The translations under genes were made by a program, and so were the position numbers. Of a stretch of 64,000 nt of DNA, positions 53,246 through 64,000 are shown in pieces. The first letter of the stretch is position 1; each line of letters begins with the position of its first letter. The DNA is taken from positions 9,424,001 through 9,488,000 of the forward strand of contig OZ024756.1 of assembly GCA_964016885.1 (NCBI GenBank). The letters are read 5' to 3'. The notes beneath the pieces were generated by a model. The model saw only the letters and a program-made list of their open reading frames with translations, was not told the DNA's origin and did not search any database. This DNA comes from Eledone cirrhosa. Its lineage: Eukaryota.

Positions 53246-53742
53246 ACTCTATATATACTATTGTATTTTCACAGTAAAGGCTTTACCTCACATAATATCT
53301 CAGATAACATTTACATTACTCTATATATACTATTGTATTTTCACAGTAAAGGCTTTACCTCACATAATACCTCACATAACATTTACATTACTCTATATAT
53401 ACTATTGTATTTTCACAGTAAAGGCTTTACCTCACATAATATCTCACATAACATTTACATTACTCTATATATACTATTGTATTTTCACAGTAAAGGCTTT
53501 ACCTCACATAATATCTCACATAACATTTACATTACTCTATATATACTATTGTATTTTCACAGTAAAGGCTTTACCTCACATAATACCTCACATAACATTT
53601 ACATTACTCTATATATACTATTGTATTTTCACAGTAAAGGCTTTACCTCACATAATATCTCACATAACATTTACATTACTCTATATATACCATTGTATTT
53701 TCACAGTAAAGGCTTTACCTCACATAATATCTCACATAACAT
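53246..53742 (+). repeat. 72-bp satellite, 7 units minus 7 bp, between the two LINEs
   Basis: 497 bp = 7x72-7; same unit as 46667-47595. Confidence 0.95.
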
Positions 53743-53953
53743 TTCGTATACGAGAGACGTGTGTTGACGTGTGTGAACAAGCTCGGCTACCGAGTCGGAT
53801 TTGCTTACTCAAAAAGTGAGTTTTGATTAATTTTTTTATACTGTAATATACGTTAACCCCTTGCCTTGGTCGTCAAACTTTGAGTTTATTTATTTTCGCC
53901 CCTTTTTGGAGCGAATTTTCCAGTTAAAAATTTATTACGGCAAACTAATAGAA

Positions 53954-55696
53954 ATGGACGGAATTTTCACATCTCATCCTAACGTGAAAGCCACGCCCCC
54001 TAAGAAAGGTGATACAGAGAAGCTAGAAGCACAAGGCTCTAAGTCTTCCCTCCTGACTTCTGCAAAAGAAACATGGAACACGGAATTAAAAGAAAAATTT
54101 GTAAAAATGGGTGAAAACCCAGAAAGTCACATAAACGCAGACAAAAACAACAACGACAATAACAGCAATAGTCACAACACCAACCAAGGAAAAAATAACG
54201 ATAACACCAAACAAAGCGAACCCACTACTGGTGCCTCCTTTGCACAGGCGGTCCGGAAAACACAAACCTGCAAGCAACTGGACATTACAACTCTGAGAGA
54301 AAAGATGAAGGAAGCGAAACAGTATGTAACTTTCAAAGAAGGAGGAGACTTCACAATCACCTCCCCACAAGAAATCAAAAGAGACACGACGCTAAGAACG
54401 ATATCTTTCAGAACAATTTCCAACATAACAAGGAAACCAACTCAATTATCCCAAAAAGAGATTGAGCTGGTCCTAAAAAATGTGTGGAGTGATATATCGT
54501 TCATACAAAAAGGGCCACTCTATGGGAATATAACGGTCCTAATGAAGGATCAATTGACGGCCAGGAAATACTCTGTGGCACCAATTGTTTCCAAGCTACA
54601 TACATTTTTCCCCACATATTTAGGGAAAAGAACGCAGAAGATAAGGGTCTCCGGAATCCGGCCAAATGCATGCATTTCCTGGGTACTAACAGGATTTTTA
54701 GAAGACGAGGACGGAATCCTCTCAGTAGGAGAAGTCACCACAGACGTTTTCGGCGGTTTGAGCGTGGAGGTTCTGGTCCAAATGAGACCAGAACGAATAG
54801 CTAGAATACCACAGAGGGTGTCCCTCGATGGAGAAACATTTATATATATTTCAGCCGAGGGTAGGAGGCCCATATGTTACTACTGTTCAAGCAGGGGTCA
54901 TCTAAGGGCTGCTTGTCCTCAATTGACAAAAAAAAAGGCTCTTTTGCCTACACCCCACACACCACCACCGCCACCACCACCACCACCACCACCTCCACCA
55001 CCACCACCACAACAACAACAAAAGCAACACGGAAAAATAACACAAGACACGGCCCCACCCAAAACAACTCCCAAAACACACACAAATACAACAAAACCCC
55101 AAAATACACCACTACCCGACAGCACGGACGAGGACCCAGCGGAAACGGCACCTAGTGACGAAGAGGGGGAACCCTTCCAACCTGTAAAAAGGAAAAAAAG
55201 AAAGCACCACTCGAACATAAACGAAACAAACACACAACCACCAACAAAAACAAAACAAACAGAACAAACAAAATCCGCCCCACCCCAAAACATAACACAT
55301 ACAACAAAACGTAAGCACACACAAGAACAACAAACAAACACAACACAAATAAAACAGTATACATACATTAACACAAATAACAAAGAACTAGTAAAAACAA
55401 TACACAAAGACCCTTTGGTGGAAACTGAAGGGCAATTCTTTGCAAGCGCGGCCAACAAACCGCATTTAAAAATGATAAGACTCACAATGGACACCTATGC
55501 AAAACTAAGAGAGAACTTTCCTGAGGACGTGGGGAAAACATGTACTCGACCCTATAACCGCGTCCTCTTGAAACGTTTCCCCACCCACACCTCACCAAAC
55601 ACCCCCACTCCACCACAGAACAACACCCCACCAAACAACCCCTCCAATACGCCCATGGATATTGTGCAACCTGCTCCTCAGGAGCCGAACAGGTAG
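53954..55696 (+). CDS. LINE ORF1, copy 2
   Basis: Same protein as copy 1 apart from a few substitutions; zinc knuckle intact. Confidence 0.9.
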   Translation: MDGIFTSHPNVKATPPKKGDTEKLEAQGSKSSLLTSAKETWNTELKEKFVKMGENPESHINADKNNNDNNSNSHNTNQGKNNDNTKQSEPTTGASFAQAVRKTQTCKQLDITTLREKMKEAKQYVTFKEGGDFTITSPQEIKRDTTLRTISFRTISNITRKPTQLSQKEIELVLKNVWSDISFIQKGPLYGNITVLMKDQLTARKYSVAPIVSKLHTFFPTYLGKRTQKIRVSGIRPNACISWVLTGFLEDEDGILSVGEVTTDVFGGLSVEVLVQMRPERIARIPQRVSLDGETFIYISAEGRRPICYYCSSRGHLRAACPQLTKKKALLPTPHTPPPPPPPPPPPPPPPPQQQQKQHGKITQDTAPPKTTPKTHTNTTKPQNTPLPDSTDEDPAETAPSDEEGEPFQPVKRKKRKHHSNINETNTQPPTKTKQTEQTKSAPPQNITHTTKRKHTQEQQTNTTQIKQYTYINTNNKELVKTIHKDPLVETEGQFFASAANKPHLKMIRLTMDTYAKLRENFPEDVGKTCTRPYNRVLLKRFPTHTSPNTPTPPQNNTPPNNPSNTPMDIVQPAPQEPNR

Positions 55697-55717
55697 GTCC
55701 TTCCTCTTTTAACCAAC

Positions 55718-58700
55718 ATGGCTGATATAAGAGTTGGGTTTCTGAATGTACGTGGCCTGGGACTGTCTTGGAAACAAGGCAAACTTTTAAACGATCTCAG
55801 GTCACATAGAATGGATGTAATGGCTATTTGCGAGTCCAGGATCAGCAGCGAGCACCAACTGGCGCCCCTCTTCGACGACTTTGAGATCTTCGCATCTCTC
55901 TGTCAACCGGGGGGTGGGGGTGGAGTTGTCGTTCTGCTGCGAAAACACCTGGGCCTCGCCATACAGAAGGTGCACCTGGACCCGGAGGGTCGACTGGTGG
56001 TTTTAGACGTCGGCAGTAGTGAAAGTGGAGCCCTTAGACTAATAGCTGTGTACGCCCCTTTATGGGCAGCGCGGCCGGAATACTTCCAACGTCTGGAAAC
56101 TTTTCTGGGAACGTCCCGCTCCTTGCTTTTAGTGGGGGACTGGAATGGTATCCTGGATGCACGTTGGGACTATGTAGGGGCATGTGCCAATAGAGGGGGG
56201 TGTAAAAGCCTCAAAAGGTTAATCGGCCGATTTGACCTGGCCGATAGATATCGACTAGATTTTCCGACTGTACCACTATGGACGTGGACCAATCGCAGTG
56301 GAACATCTAGGTCGTACCTAGATAGGGTCCTAGTTAGAGAGAACGATAGGGACACATTTAGCTGTCCAAAAATGTTCATGGTTGACTATTCGGATCACAA
56401 GTTAGTGACCTGCATAGCCAACCTTGATAGAACCCATAGACAGGGACCCGGTTACTGGAAGCTGAACTTGTCCTTACCGAGAAGCAAAGCTTACAGTAAA
56501 CGGATTAGCACGTTAGTTAAGCAGAATTTGACAGGGGCAATTGTCAACAACAGGTGGTGGAGCTCTCTTAAGAGAGCAATTAGAATAGAATCGATAGGTT
56601 TTAGTCAGGAATTAGCAAGGGATAGGAACAAGACGGAAAGGGAATTAGTAGATAGAGTAGAAGAGGCGATTAGGAGTGGCAATGTAGCCGGCGTGCTGGC
56701 ATCAAGAATGGCCTTAGACCAGTTCTTTGAGGTGAAGCATGAAGGCTGCGTTGTCAGGAGTAAAATACGTGCTCTGGGTAATGAGGGAGCCAAAGCTGTG
56801 AGCTGGGCCCGAGTGACAGAGGCAAAAAGTGGGAACAAGTCCACGATTCGGTCTTTGAAGGACCAGGATGGGCGTGTGATCCTTGAACCTGGGCAGATGT
56901 GTGCGGCCTTTCAGCGGCACTTTGCACGACTGTTCGAGAGGGGCGGCGCGCCGGGTGAGACTATGGACTTCAATCCATACCTCGACGGTCTGCCGCGCCT
57001 CTCGGACGCGGAGGCGAAGTCCTGCGAAAGGACGATTTCAGCTGCTGAGATAGGGGCGGCGCTGAGCCAATGCGGCAAACGCAAATCCCCGGGTCTCGAT
57101 GGTCTACCATACGAGCTATATGTAGCGATGCCGGACTTGTTCTCCGATATCCTCGAAGCGGTCTACTGCAACTGGCAGCAGAACGGGAGAATTCCCAGTT
57201 CTGTGACCAAGGGCGTAGTTACGCTGCTGAGGAAGGATGAGAACAAGGGGGATGACATAAGTAACTTCAGGCCCATAACTCTGCTAAATACAGAGTTAAA
57301 GATTTTGGCCAAGGTGTTAGCGAAGAGGTTGGCGCTTGTCGTTGGAAACCTGGTGGGAGAAGCGCAGACATGCGCAATCCCGTCCAGGTCCATTCACGAC
57401 AATCTCCACCTTATGCGATACATCATAGAGAGGGTAGGGAATGAACCCGGCTTTGGTGGGGCCCTGATCAACTTGGATCAATCTAAAGCTTTCGATAGGG
57501 TTGACCATCGTTACCTGGATGCGGTGCTCGCGGCGGCAGGCTTCGGACCCGTTTTCAGGGGTTGGATTGCTGCGATGCACAGCAGCAACGTCTGCTCAAG
57601 GGTCAAGGTGAACGGCCACCTCTCGGAGCCGTTCCAAATCATGCGATCCATCCGACAGGGATGCCCTCTCTCCTCCCTACTGTATGTGCTGGCTCTTGAG
57701 CCACTACTGCGGAAGTTGGAGCGGTTGCAGGGCATCCCTTTGGAACCGGGATTGCAGAAAGCGGCGTCGGCCTACGCCGATGACGTGACAGTAATGGTGT
57801 CGAAAACCTCGCAAATCGGTGAGATCGGCACCTTACTGGAGGAATATGAAAGGTTTACAGGAGCCAAGCTGAACCGGGACAAGTCCGTCGGTTTGCAACT
57901 CGGAACATGGAGAGGCAAACCGATGCCCTCCAACGACGTCGTCGGACGCTGGACGGAGGGCCCGGTGAAGCTGCTTGGGGTCTGGTTCGGACCAGACCTC
58001 CAGGTGGAGAAAAACTGGAACGAGGTAACGGCCAGGGTGTTTGCACTCACCCAGAAGTGGGCCCAGTGCAAACTATCCCTGAAAGGTCGAGCGGAGGTGG
58101 CGAATACTTATATAGCATCCGTCATCTACTACCGCTTGACCGTCGTGCCTTGCCCAGTGAAAAGACTCGCCAAAATGGAGTGCGCGCTGTTCCAATTTCT
58201 TTGGAACAAGCGGACCCCTTTGGTGAGGAGATCCATCTGCTGTCAACACCCTTCGAAAGGAGGGCTGGGGATGCCGTGGCTACAGATGCGTAAACACGCA
58301 TTAAGGCTACGGCACCTCCAGGTATTCCTCACCGGTCAACCGGTGTGGGCCCCGTTTGTGAGGCGAGCCTTTCCCAGACTCGTCTCGCTCACCGAGCTGC
58401 AATCCTGGGTCAAGCAAAGACCGAGAAAAGTGGGCGACTGGCACATTGAATGTGCCCAGGCGCTCACGGCCCTCTGGAAAGCGGACACGGCAATCAGTGG
58501 AGACTCCACGTCGACATTCTATAGAGGGTTGGTACGCAGCAGGTGCGACGATGCTCTCGGAGAAGCTCTAGGCATGGAGGAAGATGAACTGGCCAGTCTG
58601 TTCGGTAGGACGTTTGGCCCTGGACCGATGGACAACTTCCAAAAGTCCCTGGCTTGGCAGTGCTACCGAGGGGCTCTACCCGTTCGAGACAAGCTCCACA

Positions 58701-59155
58701 GGCATGGGAGCCTGGGTAGAGATCCTTTGAATAAGATCTGTCCGAGATGCGTGCATGATGACGAAACCGTTGCGCACGCATTCGTACACTGCCCAGGCAT
58801 TGCTGACCTGTGGGGCTATGTGGAACGACTACTGTCGAGGGTGGGACCAATCCGGTTGACCACCGAGTCCATTGTCACGATCAAACCGCCTCCCCCTTTC
58901 AAAAACGAAGGAGAGGCGGTTTTTCTCTGTGTGGTAGCCATGGCTAAAGAAGTTGTATGGTGGACGAGGCTGAAAGGGCTGAGGTCAGACACCTTTCTCT
59001 CCGGCCAACAACTGGTCCCCTTTTTCAAATACCATTTTAAAAGAAGGATCAGAATGGAGAGAGAGGTGCTCTACCCCAGTAAGTTTTATGAAAGGTGGTT
59101 GAAAGTAGGGAGAATGGCCAGAGTGAATGGGTCTTCTCTCTATATCAGCCTGTAG
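55718..59155 (+). CDS. LINE ORF2 (APE+RT), copy 2
   Basis: 1145 aa, intact; 6 aa differences from copy 1 in the provided translations. Confidence 0.97.
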   Translation: MADIRVGFLNVRGLGLSWKQGKLLNDLRSHRMDVMAICESRISSEHQLAPLFDDFEIFASLCQPGGGGGVVVLLRKHLGLAIQKVHLDPEGRLVVLDVGSSESGALRLIAVYAPLWAARPEYFQRLETFLGTSRSLLLVGDWNGILDARWDYVGACANRGGCKSLKRLIGRFDLADRYRLDFPTVPLWTWTNRSGTSRSYLDRVLVRENDRDTFSCPKMFMVDYSDHKLVTCIANLDRTHRQGPGYWKLNLSLPRSKAYSKRISTLVKQNLTGAIVNNRWWSSLKRAIRIESIGFSQELARDRNKTERELVDRVEEAIRSGNVAGVLASRMALDQFFEVKHEGCVVRSKIRALGNEGAKAVSWARVTEAKSGNKSTIRSLKDQDGRVILEPGQMCAAFQRHFARLFERGGAPGETMDFNPYLDGLPRLSDAEAKSCERTISAAEIGAALSQCGKRKSPGLDGLPYELYVAMPDLFSDILEAVYCNWQQNGRIPSSVTKGVVTLLRKDENKGDDISNFRPITLLNTELKILAKVLAKRLALVVGNLVGEAQTCAIPSRSIHDNLHLMRYIIERVGNEPGFGGALINLDQSKAFDRVDHRYLDAVLAAAGFGPVFRGWIAAMHSSNVCSRVKVNGHLSEPFQIMRSIRQGCPLSSLLYVLALEPLLRKLERLQGIPLEPGLQKAASAYADDVTVMVSKTSQIGEIGTLLEEYERFTGAKLNRDKSVGLQLGTWRGKPMPSNDVVGRWTEGPVKLLGVWFGPDLQVEKNWNEVTARVFALTQKWAQCKLSLKGRAEVANTYIASVIYYRLTVVPCPVKRLAKMECALFQFLWNKRTPLVRRSICCQHPSKGGLGMPWLQMRKHALRLRHLQVFLTGQPVWAPFVRRAFPRLVSLTELQSWVKQRPRKVGDWHIECAQALTALWKADTAISGDSTSTFYRGLVRSRCDDALGEALGMEEDELASLFGRTFGPGPMDNFQKSLAWQCYRGALPVRDKLHRHGSLGRDPLNKICPRCVHDDETVAHAFVHCPGIADLWGYVERLLSRVGPIRLTTESIVTIKPPPPFKNEGEAVFLCVVAMAKEVVWWTRLKGLRSDTFLSGQQLVPFFKYHFKRRIRMEREVLYPSKFYERWLKVGRMARVNGSSLYISL

Positions 59156-59392
59156 GTGAAAGAAGAGGAAAAAGAGGAGACGAGGGAAGCACCTACTCTT
59201 TGTGCTCCTGAGGAGAAGGGTTACACATTTTTTCCGGGGTGTGTGCGACCCATGTTAATGCCCCCTCCCTATTGAGGACTTCGTTTGTTGTTGTTATTTC
59301 ATTGTTATATTTTTGTACTCGTTAATTATATGTAAACTTCCCCCCTTGTATCTGTCCCTACCTTTTGTGCCCTAGTGGCAAATAAAGAAACC

Positions 59393-59440
59393 ACTCTATA
59401 TATACCATTGTATTTTCACAGCTACGGCTTTACCTCACAC
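59393..59440 (+). repeat. Partial 72-bp satellite unit after LINE copy 2
   Basis: ACTCTATATATACCATTGTATTTTCACAG..GGCTTTACCTCACA, after which the sequence degenerates. Confidence 0.85.
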
Positions 59441-60780
59441 TAACCACACACCCTACTACCACCACTAACCCTCACACACACATCCCCCCCTCCTCCCACC
59501 ACCCTACAACTGATACCACTAACATCTCCCCGACCCCACGTACACGAACACACACACCCAGCCACACCCACTTGCACCACCCACTCTACACACCCTACCA
59601 CCACTGACCCCCACTAACACACCCGCATTCAACCCTTTCCCCACCACCAGTATACTAACACCCATTAATATCCCCTTCACCACACACACACTCATCCAAA
59701 CACGCACACACACACCAGTACACTACACACCCTCCATCGCCCCCACACCTTTCTCTCCCTCTCCCCGCTCCTCCCATACCCCTTCACACATACACACACA
59801 TCCCACTAACACCTCTACTAATACACCCCCTCCCCCGAACGACCCCCTCCCCACTCCACCTTTCACACCTACCCATCCTCTCCCCTGTCCACCGCACCTC
59901 CGCACACACTGACACACCTACTTTCTCCACCTGCCATTCTCCCCTACTGCTGCTATGCCCTGACTCTCTGACCACCTCTCCGCACACACAGACACATAGC
60001 CCTCTCCACCTGTCCTTCTCCTCTACCCTCCTCCTGCCTTGACCCTCTGACCACTTCCTGTTGCGCGCGCACCCCACATCTCCCCTCTTCCGACCAACCC
60101 AACCACGGATTACACACATTGGACATCGCTCCCACGAATCAACTCCATCACAAGGAAAATATCCGGCACCCACCACATCCCCTACGGAACTACCTTAGGA
60201 ACTTACCCACGGACATACACTCATAAAAATTTGTTTTCCCACACGCCACCTACATCCACAATACGTATAAACACCACACACACGTGCGTACCCCCACATA
60301 TTTACACACTCAGCCTCCGGAATCCTCTCCCCCACCCCTCTGACCCCTCCCCATCCACACACGCACACACGCACACCGACCTACACCCCACCCCACACAC
60401 CTTTTCCTGAACATGGAACCTCGTTCTTCCCCTAACTCTCACATTCACATACACACACACACACACACGTACACCTACACACACACACACACACCACCTT
60501 CAGCCCTCCCCGCTCGGACACCCCGCCTCCCTCTCCCCACTCAACCCGCCACCACCCCTACACGCCCCACACCCTTCCACCACTTGTTTATCTTCATCTT
60601 TATTTTTATTTTTATTTTTTTTAAATATTTATTTTCATTTGTACCGCTTCCACCGTTTCCTCTCACCCCTTTTTTCTAAATGTCTCTCCCCCACTCCCCT
60701 ACACACCCTTGGAATTATCTTCACACACACTTTTCGCCTGAAGAAGGGCTTATGCCAGAAACGTCCCCCCCACTCTCAAG
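59440..60780. other. C/A-rich non-periodic low-complexity tract, possibly low-quality consensus
   Basis: Abrupt compositional switch in the middle of a satellite unit; strongly G-depleted. Confidence 0.5.
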
Positions 60781-60844
60781 AGCGTGAAACTAATAAACCT
60801 TTGTTCGTACTGCCTCTCTGTTTTGTTCCCGTTCCATTTTTCAC

Positions 60845-60881
<37 letters not shown>

Positions 60882-60894
60882 TGAGTGAGTGAGA

Positions 60895-60933
<39 letters not shown>

Positions 60934-60937
60934 AGAG

Positions 60938-60980
<43 letters not shown>

Positions 60981-61072
60981 AAGTGAGAGAGAGCTTGAGA
61001 GTGTGAGAGAGAGAGAGATAGAAAGATAGAGATAGAGAGAGAGAGTGAGAGAGAGAGAGATAGAGAGAGAGA

Positions 61073-61778
61073 GCTGTAATTTATGAAGCTGTGGTCACTT
61101 CCAACCGACCAAACCAACCACAGGAGGTCAAATCCTATGTGTGCATGGTGGAGGGCCGTTTAAGGACGTTTCCTGAACCATCAGTCGACCTTTAGGTACC
61201 CGGATAGACCTTCATCCACGAAACTCGCGAGCCACGTATGGTCCCTCAAGGACTCAAGTATAGACTACTCCATTCAATGGAAAGCCATCACTAAGTCCAA
61301 GCCATACGCAAGGGGAAATCCGTCGTGTGGACTATGTATTGACGAACGAATAAATATTCTAAAGAAATTATGCAATAGTGATTGCCTAAACACGAGTAAT
61401 GAATTTTTCACACGTTGTCCACACGTCTCGAAACACCTATTGCATAACTACAAAGCTCCGGATTGAATGAATTATTGTAACAACATCAATATTTTTTCTC
61501 ATCAACTAAAAACTTTTCGGACTTTCGCAGTTATCTCCCTTACACCTTTCGCACGCATTTTAGTATTGCCTGTGTGAAGTGACTGGTTTCTGCGCATGCG
61601 CGTTCGTACGGTTGTCCTTCCTGTTCCGCATAACCATGCCCATTACGAGCTGAGGATCCGCTAAGGTGAAACAATTGTTCTCGGTATGGTGAACTAACTG
61701 TTGTGTAACCACTTCTACCTAACTCGTCCCATGGACTGAGTGCTCTACCACTACGGATATTACCTTCCAGTGTTCTAC

Positions 61779-61782
<4 letters not shown>
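61073..61782 (+). mobile_element. 3' fragment of a second Naiad-like Penelope family (GIY-YIG + 3'UTR), absent from the ORF track
   Basis: AVIYEAVVT..KSYVCM, frameshifts, then RFLNHQSTF..TKLASHVWSLKD..IQWKAI..PYARG..CGLCIDERINIL..LN..NEFFTRCPH, stop at 61464-66. Ends in (TA)n. Confidence 0.85.
61646..61683 (+). ncRNA. Minimal hammerhead motif downstream of a GIY-YIG fragment
   Basis: CGAG CTGAGGA TCCGCTAAGGT GAAAC AATT GTT CTCG; palindromic AACAATTGTT. Confidence 0.7.
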
Positions 61783-61830
<48 letters not shown>

Positions 61831-62419
61831 TAACAGGAGGCTGGACTGGTGTAAATCATTGAAAGGTTTATTATACAATGACCGGGTTCCATATGAATCC
61901 GGTGATATCATCAGGTATTCGAAATATAACAAAGGAATATGTAAAAACCATGGGTCCGAAAAATCAGAGACAGAGAAGACGACTGACCAACTAGCTGCTT
62001 TCACCTCGGCCAGTCGCCCTCAAAGTGATGGCTACTTGGTCTGCTAATGACGATCTGGTGAGGGGGCGAAGGCTTATAATGTACTACCACCTCGCCGTGA
62101 AAGAATAACAAAAAAAATGAAAGAAAGAAAGAAAGAAAGAAAGAAAGAAGAAAAAAGAAAGAAGTCAGCGTAAAAGTCACACTACAGTCATGCTAGAAAA
62201 CGCCGCGAAAAATGTTATTCCTAAGAATCTATATTTAACAAAGGCATATATAATGGGTGTCTGTAGGGTCTAATGTGTGAACAGAAAATTGGAACGTATG
62301 ACCCCCGACGGCAGAGATCAAACCGTTTCGACGGCTATTTCTGGACTAGAAATAGCCGTCGAAACGGCTTGAGCTCTGCCGTCGGGGTCATACTTTTTCC
62401 TATATATATATATATATAT

Positions 62420-62675
62420 TGATATACTTTGGGAGGGTCATGTTGCCAATAAGAAACACACGCACCAGTTGCTTTCACTTCAATTTATTATAATAAATTT
62501 ATAAATTTAGGAATTTATAAATTTCCGGTTGGTTGGTTGGTTCCACAACCAGATGGTTGTTTATATATTGTCAAAGTTCTTTCGTCACACATTCTGTGAC
62601 CTCTTCAGTGGCTGGGGATTCTTTTCTTTGTTTTTTGTGCCTCTCCTTTGTTCTGTCCTACGCCATCTTGTTTTC
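62420..62675 (-). mobile_element. Penelope-like 3' terminus, same family as 14680-14945
   Basis: Reverse complement of 14685-14945. Confidence 0.85.
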
Positions 62676-62819
62676 TATATATAAACACATATATATATAT
62701 AAACATATATATATATAAATATATATATATATAAACATATATATATATAAATATATATATAAACACATATATATATATAAACATATATATATATAAATAT
62801 ATATATATATAAACATAAT

Positions 62820-63880
62820 ATAAGATCAAAAGATGGTTAAAGGAGTTCAATATATTTTATTATGCGCATTTCAAAAACAAACATCATGAAACAATAATAT
62901 TTGTGTTTTCATCAGATAAAACAGGAGAACATGATATGAAGGCTAAAAAAACACTTGTTGATAGTGCAGTTTTAAATCAACATATGAAAAGTGGTTTTAG
63001 ATTGATGTGTGATATTGGGAAAAATATTTTATTTAGAGAGGGGGGGAGAGAAAAGGATGAAAAGGGAAGGAGATGAGAGGGAGAGATGGGTGATAGAGAG
63101 AAAGAGATAGTTTTTATAACAGAGAGGAGATATATTTTATATAGAGGGGTTGAAAACCGTTGGAAGATACTGTATAAATTAAAAATTTTGAAAATTAACG
63201 AAGGGAGGATATGTGCGAGGAAAAAATATATTATATTTAGGGAGGGGTGGGGGTGGAAAGGATGAAAAAAAAGGGGAGGAGATGAGAGTGAAGGTGGAAA
63301 GGGAGAGATGGGTGATAGAGAGAAAGAGATAGTTTTTATAACTGAGAAAAAGATATAATGTTTTAATATAGAGAGGTTGGGAACCGTTGGAAGATAATGT
63401 ATAAATTAAAGGAATTTGAAAATTAACGAAGGGAAATTATGTATGGAGATAGAGAGAAAAAAATAACGAAGGGAGATTATGTATGGAGATAGAGAGAAAA
63501 AAAAAAAAAAAAAAAAAAAAAAATAATAATTGTGGGTGAATATTCAAAAGGAGAAATGTAGGAATTTTAAAATTAGCAAAGAGAAAAAGTTTATGTATAG
63601 GATTTGAGAAAAATAATGTGAAGTTAAAGTTTTTATATTGAATTCATATGTATTAATAATGAGTTCGTTGATGGGGAGAAAAAAATAATAATAAATTAAG
63701 GATGAAATTGAGATTAAAAAGATTTATGATAGAGAGAAAAAATAATAATGATTGCGGATGAATACTCAAAATGTCAAAAACAAATGTTATTGTTTTACGA
63801 GGAGATATAATGAGGGTGATGAGTAAACGGGTATTATAGAGTGTATAATGCCCTTTAAAGTGTATAATGCCCTTTAAACT
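62820..63880 (-). mobile_element. Diverged 3' region of the same Penelope-like family
   Basis: Begins GATCAAAAGATGGTTAAAGGAGTTC..TTATGCGCATTTC, like 28306 onward; similarity weakens toward the right. Confidence 0.75.
62855..62921 (-). ncRNA. Hammerhead copy, Naiad-like family
   Basis: Minus strand: TTTTAT CTGATGA AAACAC.. GAAAT GCGC ATA ATAAAA. Confidence 0.75.
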
Positions 63881-63882
63881 TA

Positions 63883-64000
63883 ATTTATGAATGTAAAATT
63901 ATAACTAGCACCAACTCCTTCACCTATTTTGGCTCCACTTCCACCTCTTTTAAAGCTCGTCTCTATAATCATCATTCATCTTTCAAATACAAACTTAAAA
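63883..64000 (+). mobile_element. Inverted GIY-YIG fragment of the same family, running off the window
   Basis: Translates IYECKIITSTNSFTYFGSTSTSFKARLYNHHSSFKYKLK. Confidence 0.85.

Larger units (their letters stand above)
53743..59392 (+). mobile_element. Full-length Tx1/L1-clade non-LTR retrotransposon, copy 2
   Basis: Offset exactly 6,147 bp from copy 1, same length and same satellite junction positions (AACAT|TTCGTATACGAG ... AATAAAGAAACC|ACTCTATA). Confidence 0.95.

Noticed and set aside
47939-59028. Short antisense and alternate-frame ORFs within the LINEs
   Set aside because: Shadow frames of ORF1/ORF2; they appear twice only because the element is duplicated.
47596-59392. LTR retrotransposon with the satellite acting as LTRs
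   Set aside because: APE-RT architecture; no integrase, protease, PBS or TG..CA ends.
60736-60766. Hammerhead-like CTGAAGA..GAAACGTC
   Set aside because: Stem I does not pair and the motif lies in suspect low-quality sequence.

Overview
AT-rich, repeat-saturated eukaryotic DNA. The SINE, RTE and MITE families resemble those of octopus/cephalopods (inference, no search run). No host protein-coding gene is confidently supported, and most ORF-track entries are translated microsatellites. Main contents: (1) two near-identical, intact 5,650-bp Tx1/L1-clade LINEs (47596-53245, 53743-59392). Both sit at the same position of a 72-bp satellite unit, and that satellite is the amplified interior of a TTAA-flanked piggyBac-type MITE, giving a Xenopus Tx1C-like composite. 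(2) A decayed near-full-length Penelope-like element (Naiad-like) with partial tandem and inverted copies (28209-35964), plus many other Penelope-like fragments. (3) About 15 type-I hammerhead ribozyme motifs in those fragments, many inside hairpin-forming palindromes next to (TA)n. (4) RTE fragments whose tails run into (GAA)n, several tRNA-derived SINEs (one with an internal 45-bp tandem expansion), and 49-, 19- and 47-bp minisatellites. Coordinates were read by eye and may be off by a few bases.
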